Of a DNA stretch of 64,000 bases, positions 18,969-27,372 are shown piece after piece; the first letter of the stretch is position 1; every line of letters begins with the position of its first letter. Origin of the DNA: Acidimicrobiia bacterium (lineage in GTDB: Bacteria > Actinomycetota > Acidimicrobiia > Spongiisociales > ZC4RG35); the NCBI GenBank assembly GCA_035620735.1, contig DASPGH010000051.1:563-64562 (forward strand). Reading direction: 5' to 3'. The translations under genes and the position numbers were made by a program. The notes beneath the pieces are model-generated. The model was not told the origin of the DNA, searched no databases, and was given only the letters and a program-made list of their open reading frames with translations.

Positions 18969-21264
18969 CACCAAGGAACGAACCGGGGTCGGGCCGCCGG
19001 ATCCGCTGACATCGGAGAACCCGGCCGGGGAAGGACCCCCTCCGCCACGCGATGCGGGCGAAGGGAGGGGGCGGTGGCGCCGACCGCTGATGATCATCCT
19101 CGGGCTTCTTGGGGGTGTCGTCATATATGCGCTGGCTTTCCAGCAGACCGAGGTCGACCTGACCCAGATCACGTCGGAAACCCGGCAACGGTCGCTCACC
19201 AACATCCTGCGCAACCTGGTCCAGCCCGAACTGATCACTTACGACACCGTCGAGGAGGCCGTGACGAGCGACCTGGCGATACCGTGCGGCCCCCCGGTGT
19301 CGACCGATCCCCGTCTGGTCGTCGAGCCATCCTGTGGGGACCCCGGGGAAGTGGTCACCGTCACGGGTTCTGGCTTCGAACCGCGCGAGTTCGTGGAGCT
19401 TCGCTTCATCCCCGACACCGAGTTCGACATCACCCTGAGACTGGCCACGACGAACGCAGATTCGGACGGGTCGTTCTCGGTCGACGTGACACTCCCGGAT
19501 CGCAGCTCGGACGAGTCTCAGAAGCTGCTCGCGGTCACCAAAGAGCCGATCGGGAGCTGGGGCAACCGCCTCGAGGTGTATACGGACGCCAACGAGAATG
19601 GCGTCGAGGACAACCCGATAGTGCCCGGGTCGGGGGATTTCTCCTTCTCACTCGGCGGGAGCCCGGACATCCCCGCGGTGGCGCTGGTCAACCCTGCCGG
19701 AGAGACACCCAACTTCGTCACCACCGGCGAGCCATTCGATGCAGTCAACGGTGTGGCTCGGGGCCAGACCGCAGTCCCATTGGGGGAGGACACATCGATC
19801 TCAGGGCCGATCATCGTCGCCATCGAGTCCGTGACGGGGGATGTGGAAGTCCAGCTCGAAGCACCTGCCGGATTCGATCTCACGAACTGGCGGGCGGCGG
19901 TATACGACGGCGCCACTGGGGAGAGCGGGACAACGAATTTCGTGGCCGACTCCATCCAGTTGTCGCCAAGGATCTCGGAAACGGCGTGGATAACCCTGGA
20001 CAAGATCCTCGAGACGGTCTTCCTCGCCCTCATCGCAACCACCGCCGGGCTGATGATCGCGGTCCCGCTCAGCTTCATCGCTGCGCGCAACATCATGAAG
20101 GACATCTCGATCACGGTCACCAACTTCGTCTTGATCCTGATTGCCGTGCCACTCGGAGCCGCCGCAGGCCTTCTCCTCGCCAATGCCACCCGCTCGCTGG
20201 TCGCTCCCCTCGAAGCCAACCCCCTCGGGCTCGTCCTCGGATTGGCGGCTCTTTCAGGGCTGATCTTCTTTCTGATCCGGTCTGCCATCCCCACCGAGGA
20301 CGCTGAAATCCCAAGCCGCACGGAGCGGCTCAGACGAGCCGGATTGATGGGTCTTGCCGGGCTCGCAGTGCTGGTCGGGCTTCTCCTCCTGGCGATGCTG
20401 CTCGAGGAGATCGGGGTGTTCGCCACGGTCAATTTCGGGTGGCTCGGGTTCCTCGGCGCCTTTTTCTCCGCCCTTGGTGAGATCGTAAACGTCGGATTCG
20501 GTTTCATCGCCGCCCTGGCCACAGCCGGTGTCATGGCAAACCTGGCGTCAAAACTCGGCTACAGCATCAGAAAGCACACTCCCAGGTCCGCGGTGAGAAC
20601 GCTCAACGTGGTGCTGGCGGCCTTAGCCGGCGCTCTCTGGGCGGTGATAGTCGGCCAAATCATCGATTGGTTCTACCAAATCGGAGATGTTCAGACCCTG
20701 GTGGTGATCCCCGCGGTGATCGGAGCCATCATCGGGATCGCGATCGCCTTGCGAGGCATGCACAAAGGCGAGATCCAAATCGGGCTGTCGATCTACTACA
20801 TGGCTCGAACGGTGTTCAACACCCTCCGCTCCATCGAGCCATTGGTCATGGCGATCGTGTTCGTGGTTTGGGTTGGGGCCGGTCCCTTCGCCGGAGCTCT
20901 CGCCCTGGCTCTACATACGGCGGCGGCCCTGGCGAAACTCTATTCGGAGCAAGTCGAGTCGATCGCAACCGGCCCCATCGAAGCCGTTCGCGCGACCGGG
21001 GCGAACCGGCTCCAGACCATCGTGTACGCGGTCGTCCCTCAGATCGTCCCGCCTTACATCTCGTTCACGATGTATCGGTGGGATATCAACGTCCGCATGT
21101 CGACCATCCTCGGGTTCGTGGGTGGCGGGGGCATCGGCTCGATACTCCAACAGAACATCAATCTCCTCCAATATCGTGCTGCGGCCGTGCAGATGCTCGC
21201 CATCGCGATCGTGGTCGCATCGATGGACTACGCCTCATCCCGCCTGCGGGAGCGCTACGTCTAA
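18961..21264 (+). CDS. phnE: phosphonate ABC transporter permease, greatly expanded (about 725-767 aa)
   Basis: The PhnE core is present once (ETVFLALIATTAGLMIAVPLSFIAARN ... RSIEPLVMAIVFVVWVGAGPFAGALALALHTAAALAKLYSE ... EAVRATGANRLQTIVYAVVPQIVPPY). It is interrupted by a roughly 270-aa extracytoplasmic insert and an extra block of TM helices. TTG 18961 overlaps the phnC stop, and ATG 19090 is the alternative start. Confidence 0.75.
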   Translation: MADTKERTGVGPPDPLTSENPAGEGPPPPRDAGEGRGRWRRPLMIILGLLGGVVIYALAFQQTEVDLTQITSETRQRSLTNILRNLVQPELITYDTVEEAVTSDLAIPCGPPVSTDPRLVVEPSCGDPGEVVTVTGSGFEPREFVELRFIPDTEFDITLRLATTNADSDGSFSVDVTLPDRSSDESQKLLAVTKEPIGSWGNRLEVYTDANENGVEDNPIVPGSGDFSFSLGGSPDIPAVALVNPAGETPNFVTTGEPFDAVNGVARGQTAVPLGEDTSISGPIIVAIESVTGDVEVQLEAPAGFDLTNWRAAVYDGATGESGTTNFVADSIQLSPRISETAWITLDKILETVFLALIATTAGLMIAVPLSFIAARNIMKDISITVTNFVLILIAVPLGAAAGLLLANATRSLVAPLEANPLGLVLGLAALSGLIFFLIRSAIPTEDAEIPSRTERLRRAGLMGLAGLAVLVGLLLLAMLLEEIGVFATVNFGWLGFLGAFFSALGEIVNVGFGFIAALATAGVMANLASKLGYSIRKHTPRSAVRTLNVVLAALAGALWAVIVGQIIDWFYQIGDVQTLVVIPAVIGAIIGIAIALRGMHKGEIQIGLSIYYMARTVFNTLRSIEPLVMAIVFVVWVGAGPFAGALALALHTAAALAKLYSEQVESIATGPIEAVRATGANRLQTIVYAVVPQIVPPYISFTMYRWDINVRMSTILGFVGGGGIGSILQQNINLLQYRAAAVQMLAIAIVVASMDYASSRLRERYV

Positions 21265-21339
21265 TGGACCTACGCCCCCTCCTCGAACCCAGGGGTGCTG
21301 AGCCCGGATACGGGTCAAATCCGCTCACCTTCACCACTC

Positions 21340-22341
21340 ATGGCTGAGTTCCTGCGTCGCACGCGTGTCGAGCGGGAGCAGCTCGAGCACCAGCTCCTGG
21401 CCTCCGCCGCCACCAAGGCAGACGAGAGCCAGGGCCGCGGCGAGCCCGAAGAGGACGACGAGTTCCGCACGGCATTCGAGAGAGATCGGGACCGGGTCGT
21501 CCACTCCAAGGCCTTCCGACGTCTCAAGCACAAGACCCAGGTGTTCCTCAATCCTGACGGTGACCACTATGTCACCCGGATGACACACACAATCCACGTC
21601 ACCCAGGTGGGGCGGGCCATGGCCAGCGCCCTCGGACTGAACGAGGACCTCACCGAGGCGATCTGTCTGGCCCACGATGTGGGTCACTCCCCATTCGGAC
21701 ACACCGGTGAGGATGCCTTGTCCCCCCTCATCGGCGAGGAGTGGCTTCACTCGACGCACGGTGTGCGCACTCTCGAACTTCTGGAGCCACAGAACCTGAC
21801 CCATGAGGTCCTCGACGGGGTCCGGGCCCACTCATGGAAGATCGATACGCCACCGGAGACCCCGGAAGGGTGGTTGTGCCGGTATGCCGATCGCATCGCG
21901 TACCTCACCCACGACGTCTCCGACGCCCTACGTGCGGGAGTTCTCGAGTACCACGACCTGCCCGTGCGGGCGTTGACCACGTTTGGCGCCACATCGAGAG
22001 AATGGATCGACTCGATGATCACGGCCGTGATCGAATCCTCTTATCGCTCAGGGGTGGTGACCATCGACGACGAGCACCTCGACGTGATGGAGGAGTTGCG
22101 CGATTTCATGTTCGAGCGGGTCTATCTCAGCCCGTCATCGGAAGCCCAGAAGGAGAAGGCGATCGTGGTGATCCAGGATCTCGTCGGCTACTACCACGCA
22201 CACCCGGCCGAGGTCCCCGACTCCTACACCGTCCCCGAAGCCGACTCGCTGACCCGTGCCGTCGACTACGTAGCCGGCATGACCGACCGCTCCGCCATTC
22301 GCACCCACGACCGGCTCTTCCGCCCCACATTGCTGGATTGA
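21340..22341 (+). CDS. dgt: dGTP triphosphohydrolase-like HD-domain protein
   Basis: ORF from 21295. It has the motifs FERDRDRVVHSKAFRRLKHKTQVF and HDVGHSPFGH, and the C-terminal DYVAGMTDR. ATG 21340 is chosen. Confidence 0.85.
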   Translation: MAEFLRRTRVEREQLEHQLLASAATKADESQGRGEPEEDDEFRTAFERDRDRVVHSKAFRRLKHKTQVFLNPDGDHYVTRMTHTIHVTQVGRAMASALGLNEDLTEAICLAHDVGHSPFGHTGEDALSPLIGEEWLHSTHGVRTLELLEPQNLTHEVLDGVRAHSWKIDTPPETPEGWLCRYADRIAYLTHDVSDALRAGVLEYHDLPVRALTTFGATSREWIDSMITAVIESSYRSGVVTIDDEHLDVMEELRDFMFERVYLSPSSEAQKEKAIVVIQDLVGYYHAHPAEVPDSYTVPEADSLTRAVDYVAGMTDRSAIRTHDRLFRPTLLD

Positions 22342-22350
22342 TCCACGCAA

Positions 22351-22393
22351 GCGTGTGCAGGAGCCGTGGCCTGGCCACGGTATCTGCACACGC
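22351..22393. repeat. REP-like imperfect palindrome, copy A (probable bidirectional terminator)
   Basis: GCGTGTGCAGgagCCGTGGCC t GGCCACGGtatCTGCACACGC fills the 52-nt gap between the convergent dgt and sipW-like stops. It shares a 16-nt arm (GCGTGTGCAGATACCG, on the opposite strand) with copy B at 48599. Confidence 0.65.
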
Positions 22394-22945
22394 TCAGCCA
22401 CGGCGACGGCCACGCAGGGCAGGGTCCCCGTCGGGCCAGAGCATCAGACCCACCGCGGCGCCGCCCATCGCGGCGATGAACCACCAGGAACGGACAAATC
22501 CGAGGACCTCGCCACCGAGCGGTACCTTCATCCGGGCGACACCGAGCACATCGAGGTTCGACGGAAACCATTCGTCGGGGAAGTCTGAATTGTCTCCCTT
22601 TGTGACCCACCCGTTGCCATCCCCCCCGACCACACGGTGGATAACCGTCTTGCCCTCACCCAGAGATCCCGCCGGGATCCTGTAGAGGATGATGTCACCG
22701 ATGTCGACCGGCTCCCGCCAGGCAACCACTGCGTCACCGAGTTGATAGGTGGGCTCCATCGAATTGCCCGCAACCATCACCAGACCCAGTCTTCCTCCCA
22801 GTGTCGATGGCCAGAGGACCAGGGCAAGGAGGATCACCAGCATCCACTGCACGAACCCGACTGGATTGAGGTGCCTCGTCAGCCAACCAATCGGCCGGCT
22901 CGTGTCTATGTGGCGTCCTGCGACCTTCTCGGGATAAGTCGTCAT
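22394..22945 (-). CDS. signal peptidase I, SipW-like (ER/archaeal type, S26B)
   Basis: 183 aa with a single N-terminal anchor, a serine box VAGNSMEPTYQLGD, a later histidine box KTVIHRVV and a GDNSD motif. 4-nt overlap with the upstream cargo gene. Confidence 0.8.
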   Translation of the reverse strand: MTTYPEKVAGRHIDTSRPIGWLTRHLNPVGFVQWMLVILLALVLWPSTLGGRLGLVMVAGNSMEPTYQLGDAVVAWREPVDIGDIILYRIPAGSLGEGKTVIHRVVGGDGNGWVTKGDNSDFPDEWFPSNLDVLGVARMKVPLGGEVLGFVRSWWFIAAMGGAAVGLMLWPDGDPALRGRRRG

Positions 22946-23688
22946 GGGAGGAGCTCGATGGTGAAGTTGTCGAACCGGCTCTGGTTGTCGTTGTCCGCGA
23001 CCAACCCGAACCAGGTGTTGCCGACGAGTTGTGGAGCCTCCGCCGTCAGATCGAAGGGGCCGATCGCAACAGAGCCGAACTCCACGAACATCTCGTTGCC
23101 GACGATCTCGATCGACATCGTTGCAGCCGCGACGTCACCCACCGCGGTGACGACCGCGAACGGTGCCTCCCCGGCGACACCGATGGTGAGCTGTTCGACA
23201 TCCCTCTCGTAGATGACATAGAAGAACTCGCCAGAACCGTCACCGAGCAGCGAGATGCCGGCGCCCGATCGATCGTTCTGATGGGAGATGTCCGAGATGT
23301 CGGCGCTGATTCGGATCCCGGACGATTGGGCGATCTCGACGCTGAGGTTGGCGAGCGGGGTCCGTTGCTGGGCTCGAACCACACCGCTACCCAGGCACTG
23401 CCAGTTGCCGCTGTGGCTGGCCCAGATCGCCCCGGACTCGTCGATCCAGCCGTCGATGAGGTTGGAACAGCCGGAGAAGTCGGTGGAGACGATTGGAGTG
23501 GGAGTGTCCGGGAGATCGATGTGGACGTCGGTGGACTGCATGAAGATCGAGCCAACGGAGATGCCCCCGAGGGAGGCAGCAGAGGCGGCCAATGCGAGCG
23601 CGACGACACCCACGACGACGATCGTCACCGTGGTGGCTCGGGCGAAGCGCCCGACGTGTCGCGACCGCTTTCTCATCTGGCCGGACAC
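22942..23688 (-). CDS. exported protein with SipW-class-like signal peptide and concanavalin/LamG-like C-terminal module
   Basis: 248 aa. A basic n-region and h-region are followed by AASAASLGGIS. The C-terminus TWFGLVADNDNQSRFDNFTIE resembles jelly-roll lectin-fold ends. Confidence 0.6.
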   Translation of the reverse strand: MSGQMRKRSRHVGRFARATTVTIVVVGVVALALAASAASLGGISVGSIFMQSTDVHIDLPDTPTPIVSTDFSGCSNLIDGWIDESGAIWASHSGNWQCLGSGVVRAQQRTPLANLSVEIAQSSGIRISADISDISHQNDRSGAGISLLGDGSGEFFYVIYERDVEQLTIGVAGEAPFAVVTAVGDVAAATMSIEIVGNEMFVEFGSVAIGPFDLTAEAPQLVGNTWFGLVADNDNQSRFDNFTIELLP

Positions 23689-23694
23689 GGGGTC

Positions 23695-23718
23695 AGGGCG
23701 GGTCAGTCGACCCGCCCT
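23695..23718 (-). other. intra-operon stem-loop between the two cargo genes
   Basis: Perfect 10-bp stem AGGGCGGGTC agtc GACCCGCCCT in the 55-nt gap. There is no U-tail on the transcribed strand. Confidence 0.45.
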
Positions 23719-23743
23719 TCACCCGTGTTTGGATCGTTGCCGA

Positions 23744-24133
23744 TCAGCCGCTTATGGCGACTGCGATGCGGGCGATTGCCTCCGCATCTGCTGGTGCTGC
23801 AAACGTGACGACCTCGCTGCTCGAGGCGATCGGATCGACACTGCCGCTTCCAACTGACGTGAGGGCGGCGTCGGTCACATCGACGGCGAGACGCTGGCCC
23901 AGGCAGTCAGCATGAATGCCACTGATCGTGACTGAAGCCACGACATAGCGCCCGGAAGCGTCAACCGTGGGATCTGCAAAGACAGCGTCCACGCCATCTG
24001 TGTCGCAACTGCCGACAAAAGTCGCGTCGGCACCCACGTCACTCGTGGTGATGCCGCCGAGGCTTGCCGCCGAAGCGGCGATCAGGCTGAACGCAAGGAC
24101 GGCCAGGACGACCGCCAGTACCTTCTTACGCAC
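23744..24133 (-). CDS. small exported protein (129 aa) with SipW-class-like signal peptide
   Basis: GTG start 9 nt after AAGGAG. The signal peptide MRKKVLAVVLAVLAFSLIAASAASLGGIT is followed by a V/T/S/A/D-rich mature part of about 100 aa with two Cys. Confidence 0.65.
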   Translation of the reverse strand: MRKKVLAVVLAVLAFSLIAASAASLGGITTSDVGADATFVGSCDTDGVDAVFADPTVDASGRYVVASVTISGIHADCLGQRLAVDVTDAALTSVGSGSVDPIASSSEVVTFAAPADAEAIARIAVAISG

Positions 24134-24272
24134 TGGGAAACTCCTTCTCTACGAACGTGCAGGCGTCATATCGGGCCGCACCGGAGGCGACTTGAAAGTG
24201 CCAGGGGGGGTCGATCGACCTAGTCCGCAACTGGTTCGCACCGGTCGCAGACGATCCCTAACGTGGCGTTTC

Positions 24273-25160
24273 GTGCTTCAGGTCAGGGACCTACACAAAT
24301 CATTCGGTGACATCCATGCCCTCGACGGGTGCAGCTTCGAAGTAGCTCCGGGAGGCATGCTCGGCTTCCTCGGTCCCAACGGGGCGGGTAAGACCACGGC
24401 GATGCGAACGATCTTCCGTCTCCTCCGCCCCGACTCCGGCTCGGTGACATGGAATGGCGATCCGATCGATCCCGACGATCTCCTCCGCTTCGGCTACATG
24501 CCCGAACAGCGGGGTCTCTACCCGAAGATGAGAGCCGGCGACCAACTCACATACCTCGGACGGCTCCATGGCATGTCGAAACGAGACGCACGTGAGTCTG
24601 CGGAGAAGTGGCTGAACCGGTTCGGGCTCGGCGGTCGTGTGGGAGATCCGGTCGAGTCGCTTTCCCACGGAAACCAACAACGCGTCCAATTGGCCGCCGC
24701 TCTCGTCCATGACCCCGAGCTCCTGGTCCTCGACGAACCTTTCAGCGGTCTCGACCCGATCGCAGTAGAGACGATGTCGGATGTGCTTCGCGAGCAGGCC
24801 GCTGCCGGAAAGGCAGTCGTGTTCAGCTCACATCAGCTCGACCTCGTCGAAGACCTGTGCGAGGAGGTCGCCATCATCAACGCCGGTCATGTCGTGGTAC
24901 GAGGCAACGTGGAGCGTCTGAAGGACTCAGCGCCCATACGACATCTCGAACTGGAGACCGAGGGGGATCCTTCGGAGCTCCTCGAGTTCCTCGACGGCGT
25001 GCAGTCGACGCACATGGATGGTGAGCGTCTCACCGCGATCATCAGCGCCGACACCGACGTCAGAGGGTTCATCGCCCACGCCCAGCGAGCGGGCAAAGTG
25101 AGGCATTTCGCCTACACGACCCCCTCCCTGTCCGACCTGTTCCTCGAGGCGGTGAGATGA
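24273..25160 (+). CDS. ABC transporter ATP-binding protein (NatA-like, ABC-2 exporter)
   Basis: The ORF opens at 23967, but that part is antisense to the cargo gene. GTG 24273 gives VLQVRDLHKSFG. It carries Walker A GPNGAGKTT, signature LSHGNQQRV and Walker B LVLDEP. Confidence 0.85.
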   Translation: MLQVRDLHKSFGDIHALDGCSFEVAPGGMLGFLGPNGAGKTTAMRTIFRLLRPDSGSVTWNGDPIDPDDLLRFGYMPEQRGLYPKMRAGDQLTYLGRLHGMSKRDARESAEKWLNRFGLGGRVGDPVESLSHGNQQRVQLAAALVHDPELLVLDEPFSGLDPIAVETMSDVLREQAAAGKAVVFSSHQLDLVEDLCEEVAIINAGHVVVRGNVERLKDSAPIRHLELETEGDPSELLEFLDGVQSTHMDGERLTAIISADTDVRGFIAHAQRAGKVRHFAYTTPSLSDLFLEAVR

Positions 25161-26371
25161 CCGGCCTTGCAGCCCTCGGGCAGGTCGCACTTCGTGAGAT
25201 CAGCGAGCGCGTCAGGTCGAAGGCGTACCTGATCACCACCGGTCTCACTGTGCTCATAGTGCTTGGGCTCATCGTCGCCCCGACGATCTTCGGGTCCGAT
25301 ACGACGGAGAGCACCGTCGGGACGGTCGGAGAGGGCAACGAGGTAATCATCTCCACGGCGGTGGACCTGGGCAACGCCAACGACGAGCCGGACCAACCTC
25401 CGAGCGTGGCCATCGAGACAGTCCAATTCGAGGATCGGGAGCAGGCGGAGACGGCACTGGAGAACGGCGAGGTCGATGCCGTCCTCGTCGACGGCAATGA
25501 AGTCATCGTCGAAAGTGTCGGCGGGTTCAACGGCAACTCGTTGGTGAGTGGCCTGCAACAGGCCGCCGGCACCGTGCAGATCCAGGAGATAGTCGAGGAA
25601 GAGGGCCAGCAGGCCACAGACATCATCGAGATCCTCACCTCCGACCCGCTCGAAACCACGACTCTCACAGCGGGCGATCCCGAAGAAGGCGACAGCCGCA
25701 CCCTCATCGCCTACTTCGGACTACTGCTTCTCTATCTGGCGGTGTTGCTCTACGGGACGTGGATACTCACCGGTGTCACCGAGGAGAAGTCGAACCGGGT
25801 CGTCGAGGTGTTGCTGTCGAGTGTCCGCCCTTGGCAGATCCTGGGGGGCAAGATCCTCGGGATCGGCTCTCTGGCGTTGTTCCAGCTCCTGGGCACCATC
25901 GCCATTGCCCTGGTCGCGTTGAGGGTCACCGGTGCTTTCGACTTGCCCCCGATAGAGATCGGAGCCGTGCTCAACCTGCTGCTGTGGTTCGTCGTCGGGT
26001 TTCTCATCTTCGCCGTTCTCTTCGGAGCCGCCGGATCGTTGGTGAGTCGCACCGAGGAGGCGAACACAATCGCAATGCCGATGTCGATGGCGGCCGTCGT
26101 CGGCTTCTTCGTCTCGATCAGCGCACTGAACGACCCCGACGGCGTGGTGGCCACGATCTTCACGTTTGTCCCGATCACCGCCCCGTTCGTGGTCCCGGTC
26201 CGGACTGCACTGCAGTCGATCCCCGCTTGGCAGTACATCCTGGCGCTGGTCATCTGTGTGGCATCGATCGGAGTCCTCACAGTGCTCGCCGGACGCATCT
26301 ACGCAGGTGGGCTGCTCCGCTACGGGGGCCGGGTGGGTGTGCGCGAAGCCTGGCAGTCGGCGGCTGAATAA
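25157..26371 (+). CDS. ABC-2 type transporter permease (NatB-like)
   Basis: 404 aa with an N-terminal anchor, a large extracytoplasmic loop and a C-terminal 5-6 TM bundle. 4-nt overlap with the ATPase gene. Confidence 0.8.
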   Translation: MTGLAALGQVALREISERVRSKAYLITTGLTVLIVLGLIVAPTIFGSDTTESTVGTVGEGNEVIISTAVDLGNANDEPDQPPSVAIETVQFEDREQAETALENGEVDAVLVDGNEVIVESVGGFNGNSLVSGLQQAAGTVQIQEIVEEEGQQATDIIEILTSDPLETTTLTAGDPEEGDSRTLIAYFGLLLLYLAVLLYGTWILTGVTEEKSNRVVEVLLSSVRPWQILGGKILGIGSLALFQLLGTIAIALVALRVTGAFDLPPIEIGAVLNLLLWFVVGFLIFAVLFGAAGSLVSRTEEANTIAMPMSMAAVVGFFVSISALNDPDGVVATIFTFVPITAPFVVPVRTALQSIPAWQYILALVICVASIGVLTVLAGRIYAGGLLRYGGRVGVREAWQSAAE

Positions 26372-26382
26372 CCTCCGCCGCC

Positions 26383-27192
26383 ATGACCTATGAGCATCTC
26401 GAAATCGAGAAGTCCGGCCACGTCGCCACACTGTGGCTCAACCGTCCGGAGAAGCTGAACGCCCTGTCTGAAGACATGTGGGCCGACATCCCTGCGGCGG
26501 TCACAGAACTCGACGAAGACGACAACGTCCGGGCACTCATCGTCGCGGGGAGGGGCAATGCCTTCACAGTGGGCATCGATGTGAACATGCTGGCCCGGAT
26601 CCAGCCCACCGGGGACTCCCCGGCAGCGGGCAATCTCGAGCTCTACCGGACGATCAAGCGTCTCCAGGAAACCGTCAACTGCTTCGCGGACACGGCCAAG
26701 CCCGTCATTGCCGCGGTTCACGGCTACTGCCTCGGCGCCGGGGCCAACGTCATCTCGGCTTGCGACATCCGGGTTGCATCGAACGACGCCGTTTTCTCGA
26801 TCAGAGAGACCAAGATGGGTTTGGTCGCCGACATCGGTGCGCTGCAGCGTCTTCCCGCAATCGTCGGCAACGGGGTCACGGCGGAGATGGCCATGACCGG
26901 CGGCGACTATCCCGCCGAATGGGCGTTGCAGAGAGGCCTGGTGTCGGAGGTGTACGACGACGTCGATTCACTTCTCACAGGAGCCCGAGACCTCGCCGGG
27001 GAGATTGCATCGAACTCTCCTCTCGTCACCCAAGGGATCAAACGCATCCTCCAGGCAAATGACGGCAGGACGATCGATCAAGCCCTTGACTACATGGCGC
27101 AGTGGAATTCGTCTTTCCTCGTCTCCAACGACCTCATGGAGGCGTTGAATGCCTTCATGGAAAAGCGCCACCCCGACTACACCGGCACCTAG
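26383..27192 (+). CDS. enoyl-CoA hydratase/isomerase (crotonase) family protein
   Basis: 269 aa with the crotonase pattern ATLWLNRPEKLNAL ... AAVHGYCLGAGANVISACDIRVAS ... ETKMGLVAD. Confidence 0.85.
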   Translation: MTYEHLEIEKSGHVATLWLNRPEKLNALSEDMWADIPAAVTELDEDDNVRALIVAGRGNAFTVGIDVNMLARIQPTGDSPAAGNLELYRTIKRLQETVNCFADTAKPVIAAVHGYCLGAGANVISACDIRVASNDAVFSIRETKMGLVADIGALQRLPAIVGNGVTAEMAMTGGDYPAEWALQRGLVSEVYDDVDSLLTGARDLAGEIASNSPLVTQGIKRILQANDGRTIDQALDYMAQWNSSFLVSNDLMEALNAFMEKRHPDYTGT

Positions 27193-27193
27193 A

Positions 27194-27213
27194 CGTAACG
27201 GACTCGTAACGGA
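27194..27213 (+). promoter_or_regulatory. tandem direct repeat CGTAACGGA x2 with 11-bp period
   Basis: The repeats lie at 27194-27202 and 27205-27213, immediately after the crotonase stop and about 165 bp upstream of the next gene. Confidence 0.25.
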
Positions 27214-27303
27214 ACGACAGCCGCAGTCTGGATCAAAGACCTCCAAGGCTGAGGTCCCACGGGGGCAGGGACTTCCGGCTCTCCGACCGGGACCTTCGCC
27301 CCT

Positions 27304-27319
27304 CGTGAAATTTTTCACA
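27304..27319 (+). promoter_or_regulatory. CRP/GlxR-type site candidate
   Basis: CGTGA-AATTTT-TCACA matches TGTGA-N6-TCACA with one mismatch. It is centred about 61 bp upstream of ATG 27373, in a local AT-rich patch. Confidence 0.35.
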
Positions 27320-27372
27320 ATGGGCGATATTGCGGGGGTAAGGCAGTTACCAGAGCAGTAAGGAGGCACGAA

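Noticed and set aside
21340-22341. The dGTPase gene as an anti-phage nucleotide-depletion defence gene.
   Set aside because: It is a single gene of the ordinary Dgt-like HD family in a housekeeping-looking context. No neighbouring defence genes, mobile-element markers or compositional break are present, so nothing in the sequence supports a defence role.
23967-24272. A 102-codon N-terminal extension of the NatA-like ATPase ORF.
   Set aside because: That portion is antisense to the 129-aa cargo gene and has no ABC homology. GTG 24273 gives the canonical ATPase N-terminus.
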